IMG/VR virus record: IMGVR_UViG_3300012923_000001
Coordinates: 6,389 to 70,388 of that record
Source of the DNA: a virus
Length of the DNA: 64,000 bases
Strand: one strand, 5' to 3'
The notes under the pieces were generated by a model. The model saw only the letters and a program-made list of their open reading frames with translations, was not told where the DNA came from and did no database searches. The stretch's first letter is position 1. Each line of letters begins with the position of its first letter. Shown in pieces: positions 47,779-59,888 of this stretch. The translations under genes were made by a program, and so were the position numbers.

Positions 47779-48515
47779 TTCCCCTCCGTCTCGGTGGTGG
47801 TGGTAGTGGTAATAACTTGCGCCTCCACGTCTGCAATGTACTGTAAGTTTGAACCGACCGGATGCGCGACGGCGTAGCCTTTTGCCATCGGTAAAATCAG
47901 CCTTAGAGAAGTTATTAATTGTTCATTCTCGTCCCGTAGGGCGGTGAGTTCAGTGACTAGCTTAGCTCTTTGCTCTGAGTGCTCGTCTTGATCCTCCGCA
48001 TTGCGAACATTGGCATCCTCAACCCATTTTGTGAGCCGCTTAACCTCACCCTGCGCCTCGCGGAGTTGGGAGTGGAGAAACTGATTATCTAAATCTACCT
48101 GAGCCACGGGGCCGGTCAGCAGAACATCGCCACGTACAACTCTTGCCTTACTTGCGGCTGCCACGATCACCTTCGGTGTGATGGGTGGTGAGCCGCACAG
48201 CACGCAGGCAGATGGCTGGCCTAAACTTACGTCGCCATCAGCGCAAATATGCGTACCGCGATTTGGATCGGACGTGATTGGTTCGTTGGGTTTCATTGGT
48301 TACTCCTTAGCGGCGATTTTCTTTAGTTGCGACAGCTACAAGGAAGACGAAGAACATTCCATGCGGCTTTCGCAGTTTTTGGTCGCGCCACCAAGTTTTA
48401 GCTCCGTTTACAATCCTCACACCTGGTAGAAACAAACCGACGATGTCGTAGAGAATCGCACGAAAAATATCTACGACCGGGGGAGATGAAAGATTTTTCG
48501 TCCACGACGAATTAC

Positions 48516-49226
48516 TCATACCGCGACGGCAAGGGAAGAATGAGGAACGAGCTGAACGAGTCGGCGAAGAGCCGTCGCTGTAATTCTCGCATCCTCTAAA
48601 CCTGAGTGGGCCTTCGAACGAGGTAAACCCAGCTCCTCACACAGGCAAGAAAGTGAAGACACATCGCTCTGAAATAACCCTATAGTTTTCAAGAACTGGG
48701 AAATGGACCATACATCCAATCTATGGTAGTCGATTACATCGAACGCATCAGTATGGCCCGTGTGCCGGAGCAAAGCCCTGAGGAATTGAACGTCGAATCC
48801 TATGTTCCACCCAGTGAGCAAATAGTCCGTTCCAAACATATCAAAGAACTCTTCTACCGCCTGCCTTGCGTCTTTGCCAGTGCTCTTAATGTTGTCCAGC
48901 GATCGCCCATGAAGCGCCATTGATCGAGGATTCGTGCCGTTCCTTTCCTGTCGCTTAATAACAGCCGACCATGCTTTGACCTCTTCCAATGTGTGGCGGT
49001 CCAGCAATACTGCCCCGATTTCAATGGTCGAGTGAAGCACCGGATCGGTGCCTGTCGTCTCCAAGTCAAGGACTAGCAGGTCTTTTGGAAAAGGCGTCTT
49101 CAATGGTGAAGCCAAACCGCTAAATGCAGACATATGCAAATCACCAACCCACTTGCACTCATTTCGGCCCTCTACCCTTGCGTGACTCGTCTCGATTTCG
49201 CATTGCTTTATGTCACTTGTTGGCAT
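48516..49226 (-). CDS. DEDDh 3'-5' exonuclease (DnaQ-like)
   Basis: VLDLETTG; GWNIGFD; LDV; HSGLEDA. Confidence 0.9.
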   Translation of the reverse strand: MPTSDIKQCEIETSHARVEGRNECKWVGDLHMSAFSGLASPLKTPFPKDLLVLDLETTGTDPVLHSTIEIGAVLLDRHTLEEVKAWSAVIKRQERNGTNPRSMALHGRSLDNIKSTGKDARQAVEEFFDMFGTDYLLTGWNIGFDVQFLRALLRHTGHTDAFDVIDYHRLDVWSISQFLKTIGLFQSDVSSLSCLCEELGLPRSKAHSGLEDARITATALRRLVQLVPHSSLAVAV

Positions 49227-52200
49227 GGTGGGTTAAGTTCTCCGATGGATACAGCGTCCAGTTGTTCGTTTTAGCAAGTTTCCGTTTTAGAATCTTTTCC
49301 GCTTGTCGAATTGAATTAGCTTGCGGCGTCCACTCTGGCCAGTCAAACTTCAGAGGATCGCCGCCTTGAAGTTCTACGATCTCGCTCTGGGCACCATTCA
49401 GGTCTTTACAGAGTTGCTCGATCAGGCTTAACAACTCTGCGTTTTCTGGCAAATCTTCTATATCCGACTGCGCGGACATTAACAATTCTTCACAATGCCC
49501 ACATAGACCAACAGGACAATTCCGGATTTCTTGTAACTTGTTATAGATAGTTTCAGCCATCTCTCTCACTCCCCTTTCATCGCCGCATCCAGCGCTGCGG
49601 CTAAGCTAGTCGTCTTCTCGTTCGCGAAGCTGAGCAACGAACTCCCGCGTCATAGGACAGATATGACTTGCCATTGTCGCGTTTGTTCCTTCTTCACCGC
49701 AGCTATGACACGTCGCGGGATAATCGGGCGCGTCCAATTTATCAAACATCTCGTCAAAGGCCGATTTAATCATTCGCGCGACTTTAGGATCAGTTGCGTT
49801 GTTGTATTCAGTTTGATTTGTCATTACCCTTTACCTCTTCTGTTGTGTGCAATTTAGGTTGTCATCACGTGTAGAATCGTTACAGCATCCAGTGTTCGCA
49901 GCGATGTTCCTATCTCGCATAGAATAGCCGGCGCCTCTCCGTCAGCCCTGGCCACCTCTGCGACGATAGTTGCAATCCGCTCCGCTGCTCGTCTCGCTCT
50001 CGCTTTAATAGTGCTGGTGGTCATTGGTTCAACCTCCGTCCTAGGATTTCATTAATAACTACACTAATGCGGTCAAGCGCCATCGCTTGAGCAATCGCGG
50101 CTCTTGCTTTGGCCTCTTCAATGTCAACTTGGAATAGTTTGCCGCCGCTGGATGCCGTTGGTTCTAAGCATTTCTGTGCAGCTTGAATTTGCTCATCAAT
50201 AGTCATTCACTCACTCCTTTCGTGCCGCTTCAAGTGCAGCGACCGTTCTTGTGTAAACTGGGCATTCGTTGTGATGGTGCTGAAATCCTGAAGCGACTCG
50301 ATTACCCACCGCGCAGCAATTACAAGACGGCAATTCAATAAACGCCAGCGTGGAATTGAGGTTGTCAGTTGCGTCCAAGGGCCACTTTTGAGCGATGATA
50401 GCTTGCTGGATTCGCTTGCGTTCTACTATGGCCGCTTCATCGGTAGCGGTGGCGATGGCGACAGTAATATCTCGCAACGATACTTTCCATACTTCCGGGC
50501 CGTGTGCTCCACGTCCAAGGGATAAGGCCAAGTCCCGGGCAATCTCTTCGTTGGTGCGGGTGGTGGGTGAGGCGTCGGCCTGCGCGTCGGCCTTACCTTG
50601 TTCTATTGCTATCCGCCGGAGCGACGCGATGCCGTCATGCACTTCCGCTTCACGGGGAAGGCCACAAGTTGAATAACCCGCGCCATTAGAAACCATCTTC
50701 ACGCAGATGTTGTCAGGGCCAGCAAGGGACTCGGTGAACCCGTGCCGCTCTGCCTCACGAGGAGCGAAGGTACACTCACAGCCGCATCCAGGAACACAGA
50801 ATGTGCTATATTCGTCGGAGCCTCTTCTCCAGGGATCGCGCTCGGCGTGTCCACACTTCAAACACTTGCGCTCATCACCAGCACTGCGCTCAGAGGGGAG
50901 GACGGGTGACAAGCTATAGTTTGGATGGAGGCGCAAAGAACAGTCTGGGCCATGGAATTCAGGTTCGCGACACTCACAACATCCCTGCTTGCTGCCGGTT
51001 GGTATGGTCATTTTGATTCTGCCTTTCCAATACAACGCGAACACTAACTTCCCGCACAGCATTCTTTTTTTGAACATTGGAAACTCGACGTGGAGTGCTG
51101 GTTGGTTTACTGGTTGGGTCATAACTTCTCCGTCTGCGCGATCTTGCGATACCTCAAGTGCGCCGACTGAACGGCTGTTATCAATAGGACGCATCGTGCC
51201 ATTTTCCATTTTCAATATTAGAATTGGCAAATAAAACAAAGAGGATTGCCGTGATACAGCATCCAGTCCTTGCCCCAGACGTATTCCGCTGCTGCTCTCA
51301 CTGTCCCATTGAACTGTATCGCCTCTTCGCATTCGTGACAGGCAATGACGTGCTCGCTCAGGTGTACGATGGCATTGTTCAGTACCATGCAAGCGAAGGC
51401 GTTGACTGCGTCGGCGTTAAGGTTGCTGAGCATCGCGAGCGCATCGGGATCGGGCGCTTCGTAGTTGTCGGCAATCATGGACGCGAGGGCGGAGATCTCC
51501 TCCTCTTCCCGTTCACGAAGCCGGGCAACGTTATCGTCGTGGTCAATCATATCTTCTGTTCCTCGCAAAACGCTTCCCACGCCTTCTGGATAATGTCTGC
51601 AAACTCCCATATCAAATCTACCTGAATATCTTCACGAAGCGCATTGAATCTATCGCCGCTTATCTCAAGTAGCGTTTGCGCTGCGTCGTACGCTCGCGGG
51701 TCTACTGATGGTCGTTGTTTAGGCATTGTGTTTGGTTCCCTTTGGTTATCGTCGTGGAATTGGTTAAGCCCGTGGTCGATCATGTCAGATTATCCTTTCC
51801 GTGCATCGCGCCCCGCGCGCCAGGCTTGATTAGAATGGCGGTTCCACTAAACTCCGTGCCGCATTGCGGACAATAATCAGGAAACCCGATAGAAGGGAAC
51901 TCCTCTTTGCACCGTCCGCACTCCATTGTCTGCACGTCGGCTTCGTGGAAGTTTTCTACCTTTATAACTTCGGTTGTGATGGCCGTATGAGCCATGATTC
52001 ATCCCTCCTCAATCAACTTCGCGATGCGGATGGCGGCTTGCTTTGGAGTCTTGATTTTATAATCCATGAAAAGGTCGTTGCGAATGCCCGTTAACCCTAG
52101 AAGCTTCGTGGCCTCCGCTTGACAATCGCGCCTCAAAACCCTGCCGCTTGGTTTAATAAAATCAAAGTCCAGAAACCCGTTTTGGTCGGCAGACGCCTTC

Positions 52201-53066
52201 AGCCTCATCTTGTAGCCACACAAATCAAGCACATGCCCAATCATGCACAACGCTGCGCCGCAGTCGGTTTTAGCGGCAATCACTTTCATGTTAAAATGCT
52301 CAGGGTGCCGCATTCGCAGAAACCTCATCCTCAGCCGTTTCAATAGTGCAATATTTTTCGGGGTCATTTCGATTCTCCTGCGCGATGGTTTATTTCAGCG
52401 TCTAATTTTCTTTGTAAATTGTCAGCTTTCGCGCGTAGTCCGGCAATCTGATTTCGATAAAAGTCCATTGCTTGTTTGAGTGTAGGAAAGTAGCGATAGA
52501 ATGCTGACTTCTTGGACTCGCGCGATGCGGTGGCTCCGCTCTTAATTAAGAGCGACGTTTCGGTTTCTTTCAAAACCCGAACTTGTTGAACGCCGAACGA
52601 ATATTCAGAGTAGGAATCCACGCGATACCAAGTAGTCGTTTTGCCTTCCGCGAACTTTTCAGCATGTTGATGGCAATATTTTTCATCAGGCCCAAAACCC
52701 GACTTGCGAGCGCACTGCGCACTTCGGCCCCAGTTCCCCTCACTATGATAAACACTCTCAGCGCATCGCTCTTTTGTTGCCATCGCCCCTACCCCTTCTC
52801 TTTGATGTTTACGTTGTGGTGTTCTTAACAATGTCGCCTTCAATGAACATACCAATGACGTTTAGTTTTTCACCGGCAAGAATTGCTATAATCTGCCTGC
52901 GAACCCCATCTTCGGTTAAGGTTGAATAGCCGAATTGCCGTAAGTCCCGCGTCTTGCTCTTGATGTATTGTTCGGTATCCACGTCGCCTTCACGGCCTGT
53001 GTTTCGGTCTTGTATGCGTAAAGTGGCTGGTAGCATCATCGTCTCCCGTTCCCTTTGGTAGTGGGC

Positions 53067-53198
53067 CTACTTCTTTGGCTTATTCCAATCGGTTCGATGG
53101 CATCGCGGACACTGCACGGGAAGTTCGCCGGTCTTTTCAAACTTGCGTGAATGCCAGTCTGCTTCGCATTGATGACAGTGACAGAGTTTCTTTTTCAT
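53067..53198 (-). CDS. 43-aa zinc-ribbon microprotein, paralogue of 45976-46104
   Basis: CHQCEADW...PVQCPRCHRTDWNKPK. Confidence 0.65.
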   Translation of the reverse strand: MKKKLCHCHQCEADWHSRKFEKTGELPVQCPRCHRTDWNKPKK

Positions 53199-53794
53199 GC
53201 TGCCTTCACTTTCTTTTCCGTTGGAAGGTAAAGGCCCGAAGGATTGCGATCTGTCAGCATTCCGAGCATATCAATAGGCACAAGAGCCGAGAGCTGCTTT
53301 GTATCGTCCATTGCTGCAAAGATTTCCCCTGCGGGCCATCCTCGCGCCGGGGCACTAGAAAGCCGCGCCCATCCAATGTAGTCAAGCGGCTCAACCATCA
53401 ATAGAAATTGTTTTGCGGCGTTTGATAGTTTGAATTTCGGGGTTAGCCTGATGCGAGCACTGTTACCCGCAACGGGTCGGCCCCAATCCCAGATTGAGCC
53501 ATTACCATGAGGTATATGGCCCCACTCCGCGACGGTTCCGACAAAGATGCCCTTCATTTCTGGAATATACGACCATAGTGTTGCGTCGATAATTAGCGCG
53601 GTCGAGTCATAGCAATCATCACCCACCACAACCCACGAATGTTGACTACCAACGCCGGGGCAAAAACCACGCGCAACGCGAGTGCCAATTCTAGCGTTAA
53701 CGAGAGCGATGCTCGCACTGTGACAGTCTTTTGCCCATCGCTTGAGCGGGGTGAGCGCCTTCACTGCGGATGCTTTTAACTTTGAAGATTCCAT
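53195..53794 (-). CDS. Hypothetical protein with a transglutaminase-like C/H/D pattern, leaderless
   Basis: DCHSAS...QHSWVV...IIDATL; TTGACT-17-TAATCT 6 nt before the ATG. Confidence 0.6.
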   Translation of the reverse strand: MESSKLKASAVKALTPLKRWAKDCHSASIALVNARIGTRVARGFCPGVGSQHSWVVVGDDCYDSTALIIDATLWSYIPEMKGIFVGTVAEWGHIPHGNGSIWDWGRPVAGNSARIRLTPKFKLSNAAKQFLLMVEPLDYIGWARLSSAPARGWPAGEIFAAMDDTKQLSALVPIDMLGMLTDRNPSGLYLPTEKKVKAA

Positions 53795-55413
53795 GCGGGA
53801 AGATTAAGCTAATAATAATAATAAGTCAACCACCCATTTCGTATAGACAAAGAAATACCCAAAGGAGTTACTTGTTGGATTTGCGTGGTTGCCTTACCCG
53901 TAATGGCGGCACTGCTGGCTTGTCAGGATGGCAGAGGCAGTTACAATAGGCATGGTCGCCACCAACTAAAGAGTTAATGACGCATCCTAAACTATGAGAC
54001 GGCTTACCATCGTCTAGAATGATGTGTGAGACTCGTCGCCTTTGTGAATTTTCATGTTTCGCTGTCATGGGTGATGGCCTTACCTTTTAAACCTCATACC
54101 CGTCTTCGTCACTTTGGTACATCCGGGCTTCGATAAATGGAATCAGGCGTTCGGTCATAATCCGCGCAGCGGCTTGAGTAGAGTCTGCTTCAAATGCGAT
54201 GTGGTGACCTGAGCCGCCGTCTTGAATACGTTCGGCCTCGTGCCACATTGATTCCCATGAATCGTCTAAGTTGAATCCGAAGTATCGCTTCATCTCGTCC
54301 CTCGCAATCTCCTAATCACCCTTCTCACCCATCCCGGCTTACTCTCGGCAATCAACGCATACTTCGTCGGCCCGGTACGGGTAAGGATCTCATCGACGTT
54401 CAGCCGTTGGCCGTTTGCGACGGGACTTATCTCATGGTCGCCCCGTACTCTGCGTTGCTCAATTTCCGCATAGGCTAGTTCCCGGCGGTCGGGCCGGCTC
54501 ACAGGAGTAACTTTTAAGTTGGTTTGAGGGTTCATGGCGACACATTCCTTACTTGGATCGGGTAACTTAGAAAGTCATTCCGCACGCAGTCTTTGCAGAA
54601 TCCCCGCGTGCCATGTCCGCCGCACGTATCAAACTGAAGAAGCGCTTCTAATACGCCCATCGTTGCGTGATACGTTGCTCGTTCGGCATCGGTCATATTA
54701 CCCGTGCCAAGCGCGGCCTTGTCTCTATGTTCTTCTGGTGTCATGGCAATCCTCCTCCATTCCCTCTCACATAGCCCTATTTGCCTCTCACGTTCGCTGT
54801 ACGCCCTCCAATGGCCCCGAAGCACCTTCCCGCCGGGCAGGATTGGATAGAGGGCGGCTAATCGCCTGATTCGTCGTTATTGTCTTCCCATTCAATCTCA
54901 GGCCATATCTGCCGTCGATCTTCGCCATGCGTCGAGCAGTATCCCAGCAAGTCCCTTTTGCGTTTGACTACTTCGCTAACACAGCCACAGCGATAGTCTT
55001 CAAAGTAACCGACGATGCGCGGTTGGGCCTTATTCGTCATAATAGCCCTCAGATTTCAGTCGTTTGTAGCGGGCGCGATCTTCTCTTCTGTTGGCGAAGA
55101 TTTCTTGTTTCAACTTATCGAAAGCGGCTAATGCTTGGCGTTTAGTTTTGCAAATGGCTAGTACTCCCGGCGCTGCGCCGTATCCGTCTTTAGCAGGCGC
55201 ATAGGCAAGCTCCCACGGCCAGTGGTCGCTAGTCCTCACCGTGCCGCTTGAGCCTGTGGGTTGAATATGAAATGTACCTGGATAGTTTCTAATTCGTCTA
55301 ATTTCAACGTCCATGTGAACTCCTTTTTTAATACAACCACCACACTAACGCCCACACCACTACAAACAGTAGACAGGCGAGGGCGGCGTAGAGCATGGAG
55401 GGGTCACGGTTGA

Positions 55414-55752
55414 TCATGGTAGCGTCTCCTCAAAAGTGCCGTGCTGTTCGCCTGTCAGCCAAATTTCCTTCCGGTTCTCACATGTCAGCATTCTGATTCG
55501 GAGCCTGATATTGTTGCCGTCTCCGATTTGGTTCATCAGCCATCCGAGACAATGAGATTCGTGATCTTCGTGGCAAGCCATAACGTGCGTTTCTGGCGTC
55601 CCTAAGAATGACAAGTCGCCGGGTTCGGCAATCGTAGACTTGAGTGCTCGGTGTTTCAGTTCACAATATCCGTTCGGAATATCGCGCGGGTTGATATCTT
55701 TACGCCACGGGCATTTTGCGCATTGCTTAGTTCGCTTAAGCTTCCAAGTCAT
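55414..55752 (-). CDS. DUF6283-like Cys-rich protein
   Basis: CAKCPWRKD...MACH...CLGWL. Confidence 0.6.
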   Translation of the reverse strand: MTWKLKRTKQCAKCPWRKDINPRDIPNGYCELKHRALKSTIAEPGDLSFLGTPETHVMACHEDHESHCLGWLMNQIGDGNNIRLRIRMLTCENRKEIWLTGEQHGTFEETLP

Positions 55753-57626
55753 CTCTCGCCCCTTTCCTTCGCCAGTGCGGCACGTAATGAACGCTCACCG
55801 AAGTGTTGGTGATACTTTAAGCCAATACGTTCCGTTTCCCGCTTGCTGACATCCCATGATCCTACGACCACCTGTGCGGCCTCTATCACTTCCCCCTGCG
55901 CTGCGATGGTGGCAGCGGCAGCGCCGCAACCTACGTCATAGCCTGAGTGGAAAAAGTGTCGCCGTGGAGACAAAATGTGACGGTCGCTTGCCGACATGCT
56001 ATCCCATGCCGTTAACGTCTCTTGGAATGCGACCTCTTCCGCTTCTCGCTCAAAATCGTTCATACAACTAACTCCATTTCCGGCATTCCCATTCCCAGCC
56101 TAGATTTTAGGGACGCAATTCCTTCGTCAAGTGAAGCGCAGGGGATCGATATCTGTCCGTCGGCGCACCAGATTTTCATTGTGACGTTTGGATAGTCAAC
56201 GTTGTACTGATAAGTCGTGACTTCCAACTCAAATGACACATGGCGACCTGGAAACTCATCCCGCAGCCGTTCAAAGATTTGTAGTGGAGTCATGACGGTC
56301 ATTGGTTGGCCCTCCGCTTCGCTCGGCGCCGTTCCCGCCTCGCCTCAGCCTCCGCAAGTATCTTCGTTATTCGTTCTGGTTCACTTGGTTGGTTAATCGC
56401 CAAATAGTCAGCTGAACCGCCTTGCGTGGCCCGTTGATAAATCAGTATCACTGCCGCAGCATTGGCATCGTATCGTGCGTGTTTCTTCTTGCGTGTCATT
56501 TTGCGAATCATAAGTTACTCACTTTCTTCGATCCCAATTTCATCCAACGCCTCGGCCAAGTGCTCATCAGAATCAATGATTACGACGGCACCGAGCGCTT
56601 CCATTTCGTGAATGATTTCAATGATGCTCATGGCTGTTTTTTCCTTCCGCCAGCTTCTCAATTTCGTATCCTTCGATCCGGCACTTGATGCCCGATTCCA
56701 CGAACCGACCAAATATCGCTTGGCCGCTGGTATACGGAACGCATCCGAAACCGTTCTCGCATAGAAAGGTTCGATCCGCTTCAGACGATCCAACATTATA
56801 CAAACCGTCTTTAACTACGATCCGCTTGCCGGTAACATCTATCTTTAATTTGTTGCCCATCAGTCATCCTCCTCATCAAGTTCATCACCGTACTCATTGA
56901 CAATTTCTTTAGCGAGAGCGATCATCCCTCCACGATATTTAGTTTCGCTCTGGCTCAAGTCTGTATCGCTTGTAAATCGCGATATGTGTTTTCGAATCTG
57001 CAATAGCTCATGTTGCCCATTAGCCTTCGTCCTCCTCATCGTCAAGGTCGTCAAAGTCAGTGCCGCCGCATTTAGGGTAATGTCCCGCATTGGTTGCATC
57101 AGGATCGCCAATCCACCCGCAAGGCACTCATCGTTTCAGTCCATGCGTTGCAAATGTCCGGCGTAACCAGCACATTCCACTCTTCTGGGCGTGTATCACG
57201 AGCATTACGTAGCGCGGTCATCATGCGTTTAGCCGCCGCAACCAAATCGCCATGGGCCGCTACGAGTGAATCGTGGGCATTGACCGCCTTAAAAATCTCT
57301 TGTGCTCGCTCAGGCGTATCGCAGAAGGCGATTGCATGAACCGTGTGCCCAGTCGTTGCGTCGCACTGCTCAACCACGTGGTTGCGTACTTGGTAATGAG
57401 TTTCCATTTTCATTCTCCTTTTGAACTAACGCCGGCCGTGTCAGTGACGCCGATAGCATTAGCAAATTCAATGTGTGAGTTGACAACTTTCTCTATGCGC
57501 CACGGTGTCTCTGTATGTTTTGTCATCGGGTTTGTCCTTTTTCTTGGTCACTGTCCTGTAGTTTCTCAAAAGAAGTCATTGCCGTTTTCTCCCTTTTCAA
57601 AGTAAGTAAAAGCATCGAACTCGCTC

Positions 57627-57696
57627 ATACTAATCCTCATTGTTTCACTTGTCAAGCATTGTTTCACTTGCCAAGCAGTTATTTTCATGCTAGGAT
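57627..57696. promoter_or_regulatory. Divergent promoter switch with tandem 19-bp direct repeats
   Basis: Minus strand TTGACA-17-TAGTAT; plus strand TTGCCA-17-TAGGAT; CATTGTTTCACTTG(T/C)CAAG twice at 57638-57675. Confidence 0.8.
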
Positions 57697-57704
57697 CAGG
57701 GTCA

Positions 57705-57929
57705 ATGGAAATGGGTGAATTGATTACGATTAATGAAGCGGCGAAGCTGAAAGGGGTTTCACGACAGGCTATTCATGCGGCAATCGCCTCGGGAAAGATT
57801 ACGGTAGTCGAGCGCAGGCAGTCTACCGTGCGCAAGTATATTGCTCCGGCAGTGTTAGCGGCCTTTCATCCTAATCCTAAGATGAAACGAGCGGGACGGT
57901 CCGTGAAAGCGAAAAGGAGAATTGAATAA
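57705..57929 (+). CDS. Excisionase/MerR-like HTH regulator
   Basis: LITINEAAKLKGVSRQAIHAAIASGKI. Confidence 0.8.
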   Translation: MEMGELITINEAAKLKGVSRQAIHAAIASGKITVVERRQSTVRKYIAPAVLAAFHPNPKMKRAGRSVKAKRRIE

Positions 57930-58133
57930 TGAGCGCAGGGCCAATATCTCTTGAAAACGTGAGCGCCAACCGCGTGGCATGATTCGCAAAGATTACCGTG
58001 CCCATATTCTGCTAGATGGCAAGTCGAAGTATTTGACGCGCCGCACGCGCAACCAAAGATAGCGCGATATTAGACGCTCGCTCGGCCTAAGAAGCGTCCT
58101 TTGATGGAGAGGAAGGGTTGAACCGACGGGTGG

Positions 58134-58691
58134 ATGAATACTCATTACGCAATACACAGCAATGGAGGGGCAAGGGTCGCCGGGACGGAGTGTCATGTGT
58201 CCTGTAACTCTTTCTGTGACAAGGATTCAAGGATTGAGCAGTCGAAGGTGTTTCACTCGTCGTTAGTGCAATCCTCAGTAACAGAAGGATCGGTTGTGGT
58301 GGGTAGTCAGCTTAGTCGATGTCTGGTGATAGCGAGTATCATAGACGGGGCGATAGTCGATGGCCCAACGCTTAGAGATGTAGTGATTGAGAACTGCGAG
58401 CTATATGGAGCGTGGAAGCTTGAGAATGCGTTTGTATCACATGGGATATGGCACCGAGCACCGTGCTCGTTAATTATCAGTGGCGAGTCGGCAATAGAAG
58501 GCTATGAGGTTTACGCGACGTTGACCGAATCGACCGATGGGTATGCTTTAATTGGAAGCAAGAGGAAGCCAATTAGCCAATGGATTAGAGTCGGAGAGCA
58601 TATGGGAAAGCGATTAGGGTGGAAGCCTGAACAGGTAAGACAGGGGATTGACTTCTTTGTAATGTTACGGGATTGCCCTCTACAGGTTTAA
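58134..58691 (+). CDS. Beta-solenoid-like hypothetical protein
   Basis: S/V/I pentapeptide-like repeats. Confidence 0.6.
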   Translation: MNTHYAIHSNGGARVAGTECHVSCNSFCDKDSRIEQSKVFHSSLVQSSVTEGSVVVGSQLSRCLVIASIIDGAIVDGPTLRDVVIENCELYGAWKLENAFVSHGIWHRAPCSLIISGESAIEGYEVYATLTESTDGYALIGSKRKPISQWIRVGEHMGKRLGWKPEQVRQGIDFFVMLRDCPLQV

Positions 58692-58728
58692 CTTGCATGG
58701 CCTCCTACACGTCTGTTATTGTTTCTAC

Positions 58729-58980
58729 ATGCCAAAGATTCTACCTGAAAACGAAAAGCGAGTTCCCTTGAATTGTCTGATTGCTCCGGCGACGCGGGAG
58801 GCTATCGAGCGAATACGAGGTGAACTTTCTCAGGGTGAAATAGTGGACGCGGGGATTGCTGCGTTGAATACTCCGCTAATTGAAATCTCGCAGAAGCTTT
58901 CGCGCGTAGCGAGAGTTGCTGTACAGACCAAAGCGCGTCCGTTCAAAGAGCCACTACTCAAACCTAGTCAGAGAAAGTAG
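58729..58980 (+). CDS. Ribbon-helix-helix-like regulator, leaderless
   Basis: KRVPLNCLIAPATREAIERI...SQGEIVD; TTGCAT-18-TATTGT upstream. Confidence 0.6.
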   Translation: MPKILPENEKRVPLNCLIAPATREAIERIRGELSQGEIVDAGIAALNTPLIEISQKLSRVARVAVQTKARPFKEPLLKPSQRK

Positions 58981-59427
58981 AGTGGAGCTATGGAGTTACC
59001 GGATTGGTTTGCAGAAGAAATCCATGCTATGACGGATTCTCAGATTGCGTGGTATGTGGAAAGATTACTTTTCGATGCCGTTGTGGCAACGATTTAAAGT
59101 ACGAGTTGGGCTATTAAGCTTCCGAGGTCGCAATTCGACCTCATGCTGAACGGCAACGACACAGTAAGGCTACTCTCTGCTGAACGCTGAAAACTATGCT
59201 TTGCGGAACCTGTTACGGCAGAAGGATATGGTGTCGAACCTGCAAGACACGGCATTGTTCCTGGGTTAACTGTCCGAAAAGGAAGAAAATGCTAGACGGA
59301 ACCAAAATAATGAGACGGCACAAATTTCAATCGAGATTATCAACGATGATCCGAGCGGCACTCAAGGGCTAAAGGTGTACCATCGCAAGAATAGTGATAC
59401 GTCAAGATCGCTGTGCGAGGTGTTTCA

Positions 59428-59712
59428 ATGGCTACCATAACCCCGTGCCAACTGGCCGTGACTATCGCTTACCGCTACTTTCAAATACCTTTTGACGGCG
59501 ATCCTGACACCTTGGCGCAGATCGCGGATGACGTAATACGAGCATGTGCAGAGCCAGCGGACTATTGCGGACTGGCTGGAGATTGCGATCAATGCTTGAA
59601 TCCTCGCCACTGCATATGCGAACACCATTGTCCTGACACTTGCAAGGCGAAGCGCGACAAGTGCGAGCCTCCGTGTGTATGTCTTCTATGTGATTTGGTT
59701 TGCGAAAGGTAA
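59428..59712 (+). CDS. Cys-rich small protein
   Basis: GAGGT SD; dense Cys in the C-terminal half. Confidence 0.55.
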   Translation: MATITPCQLAVTIAYRYFQIPFDGDPDTLAQIADDVIRACAEPADYCGLAGDCDQCLNPRHCICEHHCPDTCKAKRDKCEPPCVCLLCDLVCER

Positions 59713-59888
59713 GAACGACGATGGCTACCGATAACGATATACCGTGCTCAGTCTGCGGACGCGACCTGTTTGATTCTTCTCATTTCTTCCCAACGAAAGC
59801 CTTGACGGGCAACTATAAATTCTGCTAGCACTCAAGGAAGTAAATCTTTCTTCTCTTAAATCCCAAACTCAGCGTATAGTGTCGAGGC

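Larger units (their letters stand above)
46480..57600 (-). other. Early accessory arm of roughly 35 small tightly packed hypothetical ORFs
   Basis: Consecutive - strand ORFs with SDs and ATGA overlaps, downstream of the promoter at 57627-57655. Confidence 0.7.

Noticed and set aside
34720-57718. Numerous + strand ORFs in the early arm
   Set aside because: Antisense shadows of - strand genes, without SDs or motifs.
59075-59269. Frameshifted gene around GCTGAACGCTGAAAAC
   Set aside because: The frames could not be joined into a convincing protein with a start codon.
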